In this document: one piece after another, positions 41,783 through 52,119 of the stretch
How the letters are laid out: every line of letters starts with the position of its first letter
Position numbering within the stretch: position 1 is the stretch's first letter
Source of the DNA: Candidatus Kapaibacterium sp.
GTDB taxonomy: Bacteria; Bacteroidota; Ignavibacteria; Kapaibacteriales; UBA2268
Reading direction: 5' to 3'
Assembly (NCBI GenBank): GCA_963665665.1
Contig: OY762428.1
Span: forward strand, 3,776,001 to 3,840,000
Length of the DNA: 64,000 bases
Notes under the pieces: generated by a model
What the model was told of the DNA's origin: nothing
The model's input: only the letters and a program-made list of their open reading frames with translations
The model's database searches: none
Program-made: the position numbers and the translations under genes

Positions 41783-41897
41783 CTTTATTTTGAAATATTA
41801 ACAATTTTCATGCCTGAATATTCTTGATAAGGTAAATTTTATTTTGTAATTTGAATTCAGGTCAGGGACATTTGATAAAAACGATTGCAAAGGAGTT

Positions 41898-42947
41898 TTG
41901 ATGAATAGGGGGATGTTCCTTAAATTGATAATTTCCTTTTTGTTTATGCCTGTTTTTCTTTCAGCAAATAACAGTATTGTGATAAGGGATAGTGTATCGA
42001 CGGGTATAGACAGCATTAAACGCTTGGCGGTAAAAGATTTTATGTATGCAGATACGAAGAGGGCAACACTTGATGGAAATCTTCCATTAATTGAATCTGA
42101 TATAAATGCCTATTATCTTGGCGGTTTCGTTGCTGCATATACTACGTGGTTTATTATTCAGCACGACCTGCAAATGCAAACTATCTGGAAAGAAAGAGGC
42201 GACTTCCATTTCCTTGAGGACGGAGAGTATGCTCTTTACTCTGATAAGGCAGGGCACTTTTATGGATGCTATTTTACTTCTTACATGATGCGCGAATGCC
42301 TTGTAATGACCGGCCTTAGCTGGGACTGGTCCAATGCAGTCGGAACAGCTCTTGGTTTGGGGTATTCCACCTACGTGGAAGTTCTTGACGGTTTTGCAAC
42401 AAGGTGGGGATTTTCGCCCTCTGATTTTTATGCCGATGTTGCGGGGGCATTACTTTTTTATGGACAAAACTATGTGCCTGTGCTACAGAATTTTACACCA
42501 AAATTTACATATATTCCCGCCGACTTGCATGGCCAGCATAAGCGTTGTCCGGCTGATGCAATGATTGATGACTACAGTTCCCATACATTGTGGCTTTCGG
42601 TAAATGTCCATAATATGCTCCCTGAAAATATGAAGGACTACTGGCCTTCGTGGATAGAACTGAGTTTAGGATATGCCGTAAGGAATTTGTGCAGCCCAGG
42701 CGACTGTGCTTGTACTGATGGGTATGCCGAAAAACATTATATAAATGACGGGAATGATATTGTTTACGGCGACCAGAAGTTTATCATTTCCCTGGATTAC
42801 AACCTTGTAAAAATGCTTCCAGACGGTCCGCCTGTATGGAACTGGTTCAAACAGTCGTTGAATTATCTTAAATTTCCGTCGCCTGCCGTAGAGTTTGGGG
42901 ATAAAACAAGATTTTATCTTCTCTATCCTTTTGAAATTAAGTTCTAA
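41898..42947 (+). CDS. DUF2279/YfiM-family protein
   Basis: DKAGHFY, EVLDGF...WGFSPSDFYAD, DDYSSHTLWLS, SLGYA, LNYLKFPSPA. Confidence 0.75.
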   Translation: MMNRGMFLKLIISFLFMPVFLSANNSIVIRDSVSTGIDSIKRLAVKDFMYADTKRATLDGNLPLIESDINAYYLGGFVAAYTTWFIIQHDLQMQTIWKERGDFHFLEDGEYALYSDKAGHFYGCYFTSYMMRECLVMTGLSWDWSNAVGTALGLGYSTYVEVLDGFATRWGFSPSDFYADVAGALLFYGQNYVPVLQNFTPKFTYIPADLHGQHKRCPADAMIDDYSSHTLWLSVNVHNMLPENMKDYWPSWIELSLGYAVRNLCSPGDCACTDGYAEKHYINDGNDIVYGDQKFIISLDYNLVKMLPDGPPVWNWFKQSLNYLKFPSPAVEFGDKTRFYLLYPFEIKF

Positions 42948-43019
42948 CTTATCTTTATTAGCTCCGTAATTTTATTTATATTTAAAGTTTATAAATTGTC
43001 AGGATTATTGAGACTATAA

Positions 43020-43862
43020 TTGAAGAATACTGAAAATATAAATATTGAACATAGAACCAACGGCAAGGCAAAGATTAAAGGATCGGAAGAAATTAAATAT
43101 TTTTCCCGTGGGGGTATGATAAAGGGATTAATCAGTGTTGTTGTTCCGGCATACCAGGAAGAAAAGATAATTGCAGACAATTTGAAGATATATTCCCGGG
43201 AGCTTAGGAAAAAATTTAATTTCGAACTGATTGTAAGTGATGGCGGCAGCACTGATAAAACGGCAGATAATGCTTCGCCCTTTGCTGATAAGGTTGTACT
43301 TCACAGCAGGGATGACAGGCAGACAATTGCCGAAGGCAGGAATAAGGGGGCTGAAGTTGCCGAGGGCGAATACTTTGTATTTATTAATGCTGATACACTT
43401 CCGGAAGATGCTGAGAAATTTTTTACTATTATCCGCGACTGGGCCGACGGAAAAAACAAACTTTCAAAATTTGATGCTCTTGCAACTTACGTAACTTATT
43501 TCGAGGAGGAGGCACTGCTCAGGGATAAATTATTCTACAAATTTCATAATACATACGTACGTTTTCTTAACGCAATAGGTATGGGAATGGGACGTGGTGA
43601 ATGCCAGATAGTAAAAAGAACCACTTTTGAAAAAGTTGAAGGATATAACGGTACTATTGTTGCCGGTGAAGATTTTGACCTGTACAGGAGAATTGGCAGC
43701 GTCGGAAAAATTGGTTTTGCAAACGAAATACGGGTATGCGAATCTCCCCGCAGATTTCGTAAATACGGTTATTTTCGGATTATTATGACCTGGCTGTTGA
43801 ATTCACTGTCTGTTATGTTCCGTGGGCGTTCTATGTCATCGGAATGGGAAGCTGTAAGGTAA
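43020..43862 (+). CDS. Glycosyltransferase family 2
   Basis: ISVVVPAYQEE, VSDGGSTD, GRNKGA, FINAD, GEDFD, SPRRF; true start may be downstream. Confidence 0.9.
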   Translation: MKNTENINIEHRTNGKAKIKGSEEIKYFSRGGMIKGLISVVVPAYQEEKIIADNLKIYSRELRKKFNFELIVSDGGSTDKTADNASPFADKVVLHSRDDRQTIAEGRNKGAEVAEGEYFVFINADTLPEDAEKFFTIIRDWADGKNKLSKFDALATYVTYFEEEALLRDKLFYKFHNTYVRFLNAIGMGMGRGECQIVKRTTFEKVEGYNGTIVAGEDFDLYRRIGSVGKIGFANEIRVCESPRRFRKYGYFRIIMTWLLNSLSVMFRGRSMSSEWEAVR

Positions 43863-43928
43863 GATTTTTGAAAATATAAAGAAATTTATTTCATTCAATG
43901 TTTTGGAAATCAAATCCTAAGTTAATTG

Positions 43929-44061
43929 GATTTGTCATTCCCCGATAAATCGGGCCAGGCTGAACGAAGTGAAGAATCCAGACTTCTTCGATATTATAAA
44001 ATGGATTCTTCAGTTGCTTTACTCCGGAAGCCTGTCCCGACATGTCGGGGAATGACAAATC
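43929..44061. repeat. REP/MITE-like palindromic element with a nested smaller palindromic repeat
   Basis: 17-bp terminal IR gatttgtcattccccga/tcggggaatgacaaatc; inner IR tgaagaatcca/tggattcttca; cccgataaatcggg and cccgacatgtcggg hairpins. Confidence 0.8.
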
Positions 44062-44120
44062 TCGAAAATATTATTTTAAAATGTTTTTTAGATTTAGTCT
44101 GAAAAATCGAAGCAATATAA

Positions 44121-47100
44121 ATGAAAACTGATAGATCACTAGGAATTTGCCTTGGCGCATCATCGCTTAGCTTTGTTGTTGCAGAAAAGGGTAATGATGG
44201 CAGAATTAATATAATTGATAAATTCAGGGTGTCGCATAACGGCGAACCTAAAAGGGTTTTATCGGATAAACTGCCTGAATTTTATAGATCAGGAATGAGC
44301 GTATGCGTGACTGGCCGAAAACTCAAGCATATTGTGAACCTGCCAAATATTTCCGAACCCGAGGCAACAGAATATGCCCTTGATATGATCGATGGGAAAT
44401 ACGATGCCGCAGCATCTCTTGGCGGCGAGACTTTTCTGGTCTATACTCTTGATTCTGAGCGGAAAATATCCAATATAATAACAAAAAACCAGTGTGCATC
44501 AGGTACGGGTGAGTTTTTCCTGCAGCAGATACGTCGTATGGGGCTTGATGTGATTAGCGCAATTGACACTGCCGTAGGTGCTGAGCCCTTCAAGGTTTCC
44601 GGCAGGTGTTCTGTATTCTGTAAATCTGATTGTACCCACGCGCTTAATAAGGGTACTCCGAAAAATGAAGTTACAGCCGGTCTTGCCCTGATGATTGCTG
44701 ATAAAGTAGAGGAACTTATCCGCAAAGTGAAGGGCGAAAAATTTCTTCTGCTTGGCGGAGTAACAAAGAATAAAGTTGTAATGGATTTTATCAGGGAGAA
44801 AATTCCGGGTGCAGTGGTTCCGGAAAATGCAGACGTATTCGAAGCAATGGGAGCGGCTGTATATGCTCTCAAAAATCCTGATGCAAAAGAAATCAATATT
44901 GATGATCTTTATAAAGGTAAAAGCGGCTCCTTTGTTTTTCATCCTCCTTTGAAAAATTCAATATCAAAAGTAAGCTTTAAAAGCCTGGAAAGAGCTGAAG
45001 CTAAAAACGGCGACAGGTGTATTCTCGGGCTGGATGTTGGTTCAACGACGACAAAAGCTGTAATTATCCGGGAAAGAGACAGCAGCCTGCTTGCTTCAGT
45101 ATATTTATATACCAAAGGCAATCCAATTCAGGCTTCACGGGACTGTTACAGGGAGCTTGATAAGCAAATCGATGCAGATATAAAAATCATCGGATTAGGT
45201 GTTACAGGATCAGGCAGGCATATTGCCGGGCTTCACGCACTGACCGACGGTGTAATAAACGAAATAATTGCTCATGCTTCTGCGGCAATTTTCTTTGATC
45301 CGGAAGTTGATACCATTTTCGAGATCGGGGGGCAGGATGCAAAATACACCCATATCGTTAACAAGGTTCCGGCGGATTACGCCATGAACGAAGCCTGTTC
45401 GGCAGGTACCGGATCCTTCCTGGAAGAAGCTGCTTATGAATCGCTCGGCGTTAAATTGACAGAAATTGAGCAGTATGCCATGAAGGCTGAGAACCCTCCA
45501 AACTTCAGCGACCAGTGCGCGGCTTTTATCAGTTCGGATATAAAAACAGCCCAGCAGGAAAACATCAGCAAAGATGATATTATTGCCGGCCTGGTATATT
45601 CTGTTTGCCTGAACTATGTGAACAGGGTGAAAGGCCCGAGGCCGGTAGGAAAAAAAGTATTCATGCAGGGCGGAGTATGCTATAACAAAGCTGTGCCAAT
45701 GGCAATGGCCGAACTATCAGGAAATGAAATTATTGTGCCACCCGAGCCGGGGCTGATGGGTGCTTTTGGCGTAGCGTTAGAGGTGAAAGAAAAGATTTCT
45801 CTCGGTATTATGCGGGAAAAGGACTACGATCTTAAAGAACTTGCCGGCAGGGCTGTTAAATATCATAAGCCGTTTACATGCGCCGGAGGAAGGGAAAAAT
45901 GCGATATAGGCTGTTCTATTAGCCTTATCGAAGTCCGGGGGAAGAAATATCCTTTTGGCGGCGCCTGCGACAAATATTATAATGTTGTCCGGAAAAAGAA
46001 TATCAGGACGGATGAGTTTGACTATGTTAAGGTTCGTCAGAACCTGATGTTCGGTAAATATGCTCCCGAAGCAGACCTTCCTGAAAATGCTCCGACAATG
46101 GGGATGAACCTTTCCTTCCATACTCACACGCTTTACCCGCTTTATTATAATTTCTTTACTAAGCTTGGGTTCAGGGTTGTATTGCCCGACAAAGCCGACG
46201 AAGACGGTATGGAAAGGGAAATGACTTCCTTCTGCTATCCCGGCCAGGTGGCGCACGGAATGTTCCGGAATCTGCTGGATAAGAAAACCGATTATATCTT
46301 TGTGCCCAACCATCTGGAAATGAATGTTGACGAGGGAACATACCAGAGAATGGATTTCAACTGTTCCTGTATATTCGTAAGCGGGGAACCTTATTACCTG
46401 AAGCAGGCGTTTAAGGATTACAATCTGAACGGCCGGTATATTGACCCGATATTTAATTTCGGTAATGGTATTTCAGGACAGAAGGAAATCTTCATTCAAA
46501 CAGCAGCCCGTTTCGGGATAAAAGACAGGCGGAAAGCGTCCGATGCTTTTGATTATGCGCATGAAATGCAGATAAAATTCCGAGACGAGCTTTTTGCAAT
46601 CGGGTCAAAGCTTCTTAAAAAAATCGAGAATGATCCGGATGCTTACGCTATAGTTCTTGTTGGCAGGCCATACAATACATTCACCGAGGATACAAACAAG
46701 GGAATACCCGGAAAGATAGCATCACGCGGCGTTTATGCCATACCTTATGATATGTTCGATTATCGTTTCGAAACGATTGACGACGATATGTACTGGGAGG
46801 GAGGTAAGAAAATATTGAAAGTGGCGAAAATCATTAAGCGCCATCCGAAATTGTTTGCAACCTATGTTTCTAATTTCTCATGCGCACCGGATTCAATGAT
46901 AATTCCCATGTTTCGCAGGATAATGGGCGCGAAGCCGTCTCTTACCCTGGAACTGGACAGTCATTCCGCCGATGCCGGAATAAATACACGTCTGGATGCT
47001 GCTATTGATATTATAAATAATTACCGACGCATTTCCGAAAAAGTTGCAGACCCGGATTTCTCTGATTTTACTCCTGCAAGGGTGGAATTTGGCGAGGACG

Positions 47101-48422
47101 AGGGGTTCTTTATTAGTTCGGAAGGGGAGAAGCTATCATTATCCGATCCCTCGGTTGATATTCTCCTGCCGTCGATGGGCGATCTTGCTTCGGAACTTTT
47201 CGCTGCCGGTATGCGCAGCCAGGGATTCAATGCCAAAGCTGTGAAAATGCCGGATTCAGAGATTTTAAAATACGGCAGGGCAGTGGCAACAGGCAAGGAA
47301 TGTCTGCCGCTTATATTAATGACTGGCTCGCTTCTGGATTATCTGGAGAACCAGTGGGACGGTAAACAGAAAATTTGTTTCTTCATAGTGCAGGGAGCGG
47401 GGAACTGCCGTCTTGGCTACTACCCGTCATTCATGAAAAACGTGATAAAACAGAAAAGGATAAAAAACGTTACCACACTGGAGCTTATGCACGAGGACGG
47501 TTTTGCAGGGCTGGGGCCAAAATTTGCCTCAAGGGGGATTGAAACGCTGATAGCCAGCGATGTTCTTGAAGATACCCGTAATGCCATTCTGGCAAATGCT
47601 GTAGATCCGGTTGCCGGGGAGGAAGCTTTCTATCATGAGTTTAATTCGCTTTGCAAATTGCTGGAAAGCAAACCTGATAATTTTTATAAGGGATTAAAAA
47701 AATTCTCGGCAAATATAAGTAAGTCAATTCCCGTGAAAAGGCCGATTGAAGATTCCCGATACGTGGCCCTGGTGGGCGAGATGTATTGCCGCAGGGACGG
47801 TTTTTCACATAAATGGCTGAACCGCAAGCTTGCCGAAAAAGGCTTTATCGTGAAGGATGCCTATCTGACTGAGTGGATATTCTACGTGGATTACCTGCTG
47901 AAAGAAGGCCTGTACGAACCTCTGAAATCTCTAAAAAATAAATATGAACGCCTTGTCCGTATTTCATACATGAGGGTATCCGAACAGAGAATTAAGAGCA
48001 TGCTTGCAAAGACAGGTTTCTATGAATTTGAACGTACAAAAGTTGAAAAACTGGTGAACCACGGCAAACATATCGTTCCGCTGGAATTCAAGGGAGAGCC
48101 GCTGCTCGTGCTCGGCGCCACAATGAAGGAAACCGGCGAGAAATACTGCGGAGTGATAAATGTTGGCCCATTCGGCTGTATGCAGTCCCGCTTTGCCGAG
48201 GCTGTAACAGTACCCGAGGCGAATATGAACAGCAAGCTGCAAATAAGACAAATGAATGATAAAGGGTATAAACTACCAAAGGGTTTCAAACCTGATATGG
48301 AAATACCCTTTCTGTCGATTGAGGTGGACGGCAATGCCATGCCCCAGATAATTGAGGCGCGCTTAGAAACATTTATGCTGCGCGCTGCCCGCTTTGCTGA
48401 AATAATGGGGAAGAAGGTATGA
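44121..48422 (+). CDS. Fused 2-hydroxyacyl-CoA dehydratase activase-like protein (two BadF/BadG/BcrA/BcrD ATPase domains plus DUF2229/dehydratase-like regions)
   Basis: QCASGTGEF, RCSVFCKSD, GLDVGSTTTK, EIGGQDAK, MNEACSAGTGSF, CAAFISSD, FSCAPDS, PFGCM. Confidence 0.88.
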   Translation: MKTDRSLGICLGASSLSFVVAEKGNDGRINIIDKFRVSHNGEPKRVLSDKLPEFYRSGMSVCVTGRKLKHIVNLPNISEPEATEYALDMIDGKYDAAASLGGETFLVYTLDSERKISNIITKNQCASGTGEFFLQQIRRMGLDVISAIDTAVGAEPFKVSGRCSVFCKSDCTHALNKGTPKNEVTAGLALMIADKVEELIRKVKGEKFLLLGGVTKNKVVMDFIREKIPGAVVPENADVFEAMGAAVYALKNPDAKEINIDDLYKGKSGSFVFHPPLKNSISKVSFKSLERAEAKNGDRCILGLDVGSTTTKAVIIRERDSSLLASVYLYTKGNPIQASRDCYRELDKQIDADIKIIGLGVTGSGRHIAGLHALTDGVINEIIAHASAAIFFDPEVDTIFEIGGQDAKYTHIVNKVPADYAMNEACSAGTGSFLEEAAYESLGVKLTEIEQYAMKAENPPNFSDQCAAFISSDIKTAQQENISKDDIIAGLVYSVCLNYVNRVKGPRPVGKKVFMQGGVCYNKAVPMAMAELSGNEIIVPPEPGLMGAFGVALEVKEKISLGIMREKDYDLKELAGRAVKYHKPFTCAGGREKCDIGCSISLIEVRGKKYPFGGACDKYYNVVRKKNIRTDEFDYVKVRQNLMFGKYAPEADLPENAPTMGMNLSFHTHTLYPLYYNFFTKLGFRVVLPDKADEDGMEREMTSFCYPGQVAHGMFRNLLDKKTDYIFVPNHLEMNVDEGTYQRMDFNCSCIFVSGEPYYLKQAFKDYNLNGRYIDPIFNFGNGISGQKEIFIQTAARFGIKDRRKASDAFDYAHEMQIKFRDELFAIGSKLLKKIENDPDAYAIVLVGRPYNTFTEDTNKGIPGKIASRGVYAIPYDMFDYRFETIDDDMYWEGGKKILKVAKIIKRHPKLFATYVSNFSCAPDSMIIPMFRRIMGAKPSLTLELDSHSADAGINTRLDAAIDIINNYRRISEKVADPDFSDFTPARVEFGEDEGFFISSEGEKLSLSDPSVDILLPSMGDLASELFAAGMRSQGFNAKAVKMPDSEILKYGRAVATGKECLPLILMTGSLLDYLENQWDGKQKICFFIVQGAGNCRLGYYPSFMKNVIKQKRIKNVTTLELMHEDGFAGLGPKFASRGIETLIASDVLEDTRNAILANAVDPVAGEEAFYHEFNSLCKLLESKPDNFYKGLKKFSANISKSIPVKRPIEDSRYVALVGEMYCRRDGFSHKWLNRKLAEKGFIVKDAYLTEWIFYVDYLLKEGLYEPLKSLKNKYERLVRISYMRVSEQRIKSMLAKTGFYEFERTKVEKLVNHGKHIVPLEFKGEPLLVLGATMKETGEKYCGVINVGPFGCMQSRFAEAVTVPEANMNSKLQIRQMNDKGYKLPKGFKPDMEIPFLSIEVDGNAMPQIIEARLETFMLRAARFAEIMGKKV

Positions 48423-48541
48423 GCCTGTTAAAGCAAAGTACATATTGTGCCATAAAAGTTAAAAAAACTGTCTTCCCCGATAAATCTGAGCAGGCTGCAA
48501 GTATGGAGGAGGGGATTTATGTTTCATACCATAGCTTTCTA

Positions 48542-48805
48542 TCAGCTATCGCCGCCACCGGCAATACAATCAAATGGAGCTGCCCCTCCTCCGGTTCCAC
48601 AAGTCGGATGATCATCAGTAGGACCATTAGAACAGTAATCAGCCGGACCGACAATTGTTGTTCCGGCAATACAAAGGTTTGACGCACTTATTCCAGACTG
48701 ACAATGAATTGGCGTGGCATCTGTGCCGCTTGCCGACGAACCATTCGAGCAATATAATAACTGACTGTCGCTAATTTTTCTTAATTCGGGTTTTTGATAT
48801 TTCAT
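48542..48805 (-). CDS. Cys/Gly-rich RiPP precursor-like peptide (87 aa; YxKPxL leader, six CxxG motifs)
   Basis: ATG at 48805; MKYQKPELRKISDSQLLY-CSNG...CQSG...CIAG...CSNG...CGTG...CIAG; TAnnTTTG element at 48845-48852. Confidence 0.75.
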   Translation of the reverse strand: MKYQKPELRKISDSQLLYCSNGSSASGTDATPIHCQSGISASNLCIAGTTIVGPADYCSNGPTDDHPTCGTGGGAAPFDCIAGGGDS

Positions 48806-48887
48806 AATTTTACATTCTTTTATATTTGTGTATCTTAACAAAATCAAAAATAAGAAATATAAAACAAAAAAAATATTACCGGACAGA

Positions 48888-49113
48888 ATATTTTTAATAC
48901 AATAGATATTGGCCGTAACAATTTGACTATTATGGGGGTGTAATTTTACAAATTTTGAAAATTTTGAAATTACCGCAAATGCAATCGGAAGCAATATGTT
49001 TGAAGGTTTTAAAACCAACTCCAAGAGGTATAGAGATAATCTGAGATTACATGATTGGAAAAATCACATTTGGAGAATTGACTAAATTTGCTGAGGACAA
49101 ATCGTATGAATGA
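48888..49113 (+). pseudogene. Decayed VbhA-like antitoxin
   Basis: Fragments FNTIDIGRNNLTIMGV*, ITANAIGSNMFEGFK (contains the S-x-x-x-E-G inhibitory motif), PTPRGIEII*DYMIGKITFGELTKFAEDKSYE; stops and frameshifts. Confidence 0.7.
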
Positions 49114-49366
49114 TTCTTACAAGTACCTTGACATAGATTATACCTATACTGAACCTATAACCGGAATCCTCAGAAATTTAGCAGATATAACTGAACCGGA
49201 TGTTTTACTCTTTTTTGAAATTGGAGCTGTTGCAAAACGAATTCAGGAACTTTATGAAGAAACTATTACGATAAAAGGAGCGGACTGTCTTTTAAGCATT
49301 CATAAACACTTGTTTCAATATGTTTATTTTCTCTATTCCAGCGGGAGCCTTGGGATAGAGATATAA
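49106..49366 (+). pseudogene. Truncated Fic-family protein (N-terminal fragment only)
   Basis: MNDSYKY.D.DYTY....GILRNL..IT...LLSIHKHLFQYVY, then similarity ends; no HPFxxGNGR motif. Confidence 0.75.
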
Positions 49367-49421
49367 TCCAAAAAATTAAATAAAGTTACTCCATGCAGTT
49401 GTTATGTCAATTATTTATTTG

Positions 49422-50834
49422 CTAAGCTATTTCCGGCTCATTAAAGTTGAATTCCATGCGTTCAAATTTCCTTTTTGCCCCGATAAGCATTAGTATTGTA
49501 AGAATAAATATAATCGAAATAAGTATAAACCAAAAAAGATTTAATTCTGCTTTTATACCTGCTATCAGCGCGAAGGACTGGTAAATTGATATCACAATTG
49601 TCATGAATATATTCCAGCCTTTGGCAGAACCGCTGCTGATTGTATCGTGAATAAGTAAAGAAAAGGAATTCAGAAATAAAAACAATACTGAAGCAAATAC
49701 GATATTAATAATTAATTCCGGTATTGTGAAAAACCCTTCTACCTGATTCATAATAACCATCACAGTGGTAATAATAAATAATGTCCGGAAAGCAACGTAA
49801 AGATATGTTTTGATTATATCAACTGAAAATTCTTTCCTGCTGCCCGGGTACATTATCCAAAGCATATCCAGGTTGTGCCTGTGCTGAAGAAAATCAGCGC
49901 TGGTAAAAATTGAACTTATCAGGTATAATACTGTAAATAGCGGAGCATACTCAAGCCGCGATGATGCTGAATTGAAAGAAAATATTATCCCCATTGTTGC
50001 AAAGTAAACAATGATAACCAACAGATAAACAACAAAGCCCTGTCTTAATATGAAATTTGGGCTGAAAAGTGAGAACTGCATTTTTTGGATCAGTTTACTC
50101 TTATTATCAGAATTAGCAATTGAGCTGATTTTGGAATCAATCTCTTTGTCATTGAAACGGCTGGTTTTATCATAATACCTTGTAAAGCTGTCTCTTTTCT
50201 GGTCAATAAAGTATGAAGGCCTGTAGCTGATCTTTTTAAAATAGTAATAAGCCGAAAATACGGACAAAAAGATAAAAGAAAGAACCAAAGCAGGCTGAAC
50301 AATATGGCTGTAATCTGCTACCCAGTCGAAACTTATAAAATCAAATTTACCCAGGCCCCAATCAATTCCGTTCAACCTTGCAAGGATAACATTTGTCCAC
50401 ATAATTGAAATTAATGAAAGTATGTTATCACCGAAAAGAACCGAAATAATTAGAACAATGATGCAGGAATTCGAATACATAATTAGTTTGGGAATAAACT
50501 CAAACCCGCTGAATGACAATACAAATGCCGGTAATACTGTAAAAATCAGATATAAAGGTATCAAACTGAGAATCAGGTATTTTGGAAAATCAGGTAATAA
50601 AACATTCATTATCGTTCCGCTGATCCTTCTGAAATGAATACCTACCCCATAGAAAAAGAATGCTATTGAAAAGAAGAATACATTAACGGCAATATCTGGC
50701 AATTCATTACTATCAGATACGGTTACCAGGATTGCCATTCCAGCTATATAAAATATAACAGCAAGAACCATCATTACCATACCGCCAAAATTACTATCAG
50801 CAAAAGTCCGGTAGATATTTAGTATCTGTTTCAT
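49422..50834 (-). CDS. Multi-pass membrane protein, probable ABC exporter permease
   Basis: About 12 hydrophobic segments; 4-bp overlap with the ABC ATPase gene. Confidence 0.7.
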   Translation of the reverse strand: MKQILNIYRTFADSNFGGMVMMVLAVIFYIAGMAILVTVSDSNELPDIAVNVFFFSIAFFFYGVGIHFRRISGTIMNVLLPDFPKYLILSLIPLYLIFTVLPAFVLSFSGFEFIPKLIMYSNSCIIVLIISVLFGDNILSLISIMWTNVILARLNGIDWGLGKFDFISFDWVADYSHIVQPALVLSFIFLSVFSAYYYFKKISYRPSYFIDQKRDSFTRYYDKTSRFNDKEIDSKISSIANSDNKSKLIQKMQFSLFSPNFILRQGFVVYLLVIIVYFATMGIIFSFNSASSRLEYAPLFTVLYLISSIFTSADFLQHRHNLDMLWIMYPGSRKEFSVDIIKTYLYVAFRTLFIITTVMVIMNQVEGFFTIPELIINIVFASVLFLFLNSFSLLIHDTISSGSAKGWNIFMTIVISIYQSFALIAGIKAELNLFWFILISIIFILTILMLIGAKRKFERMEFNFNEPEIA

Positions 50835-51709
50835 TTGCTCATCTCCAGGAAAATTTCTTCCAGGTTCAGTTCCTCATAATGAGCCTCAGCATTGAATTTC
50901 CTGATAAAGCTGTCAATAAAATCCTGTATTTCGTTGTGATAGGAAATAATAACGGAATTTGCCTTTTTCCTGTAACTGAAAATACTATTATTATCAGGTT
51001 TTTCAGGAAAGGGAAAATCCGAAACCAAATGTGCACGGCGAATGTTTTCCTTCAGGTCTGCAAGTTCTCCGTTATATATAATTTTTCCATCATTAAGAAA
51101 AATAATATCGGCGGCTACTCTTTCAATATCGGATGTAATATGGGTTGAAAACAGGATTGTTTTTTCCATATCGCTGTTAAATTCTATTATCCTGGAAATA
51201 AAATCTCTTCTCGCTGCCGGATCCAGGCTTGCAACAGGTTCGTCAAGAATCAGAATGTCCGGGTCGAATCCAAGATTCTGGATAATAGACAGTTTCTGTC
51301 TCTGGCCTTCGGAAAGTTCGGATATTTTTTTATAAAGGTCAATTCCCCATTCCCTTGCCAGCATTTTTACCTTATCATCTTTCCAATTGGGATAAAAAGC
51401 GCCAATATAATTCAGGTAGGAGCCGGCCTTCATCCAGGTATATCCGCCGAATTTCTGAGGTACATAGCCAATTCTTGATTTTAATTTCGGCTTGATTGAT
51501 ATCGAATCATATCCTAAAATCTCTGACTTTCCATGGTCAAGTTGATATAACCCGAGCAATGATTTTATCATTGTTGTTTTTCCAGAACCGTTTTTACCTA
51601 TCAATCCGGTAATACTGCCCTTTTGTATTTCAAAGTTTATATCATTCAGCGCGATAAGCTCATCAAATTTCTTAGTTGCCGTTTCCATTTTAAGAACAAT
51701 ATTATCCAT
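50831..51709 (-). CDS. ABC transporter ATP-binding protein (YtrB-like)
   Basis: GKNGSGKTT, LSEGQRQK, ILILDEP, STH; start moved to the ATG at 51709. Confidence 0.93.
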   Translation of the reverse strand: MDNIVLKMETATKKFDELIALNDINFEIQKGSITGLIGKNGSGKTTMIKSLLGLYQLDHGKSEILGYDSISIKPKLKSRIGYVPQKFGGYTWMKAGSYLNYIGAFYPNWKDDKVKMLAREWGIDLYKKISELSEGQRQKLSIIQNLGFDPDILILDEPVASLDPAARRDFISRIIEFNSDMEKTILFSTHITSDIERVAADIIFLNDGKIIYNGELADLKENIRRAHLVSDFPFPEKPDNNSIFSYRKKANSVIISYHNEIQDFIDSFIRKFNAEAHYEELNLEEIFLEMSK

Positions 51710-52109
51710 TATTAATCTCCCAGGATTTGTCAATCTCATTTTTTAGTTCTTGTTTCGATATCTTCAATTGGCCGGCCGCAATAACAATTTCTTTTATCGA
51801 AGGCCTAATCATATTAAGTTTTTCACTATTGTCCCCTCTGTTATCTTCTTTTTTTAAAATCCGCATCCCAACACCCCTTACACGTTCAAGAATATTTCTT
51901 TCCTCAAGCAAATTGTATGCTTTTGAAACAGTCATCGGATTAATTTGAAATTCCGAGGCAACACTTCGAACTGACGGCATTATCATCCCTTCCTTGAGCC
52001 TGCTGCTAAGCACCTGCCTTGTAACCTGCTCAACGATTTGCCTGTATATCGGCACCCCCGATCCGGGATTAATTATCAGGGTAATATTTACATTTTCTTT
52101 CATACACAT
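51702..52109 (-). CDS. GntR family regulator, YtrA subfamily
   Basis: PIYRQIVEQV...MPSVRSVA....INPMTVSKAYNLLE...RGVG; short C-terminal domain; precedes ABC genes. Confidence 0.92.
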   Translation of the reverse strand: MCMKENVNITLIINPGSGVPIYRQIVEQVTRQVLSSRLKEGMIMPSVRSVASEFQINPMTVSKAYNLLEERNILERVRGVGMRILKKEDNRGDNSEKLNMIRPSIKEIVIAAGQLKISKQELKNEIDKSWEINNG

Positions 52110-52119
52110 CCTGTCGTAT

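Noticed and set aside
44121-48422. Activase/dehydratase fusion as the maturase for the adjacent Cys-rich peptide
   Set aside because: Convergent orientation, no RRE domain recognised, and the family is widespread in anaerobes acting on CoA esters; adjacency alone is insufficient
48806-49024. N-terminal 73 aa of the 160-aa ORF called at 48542-49024
   Set aside because: It is antisense to the VbhA pseudogene and spans the promoter element; the real start is ATG 48805
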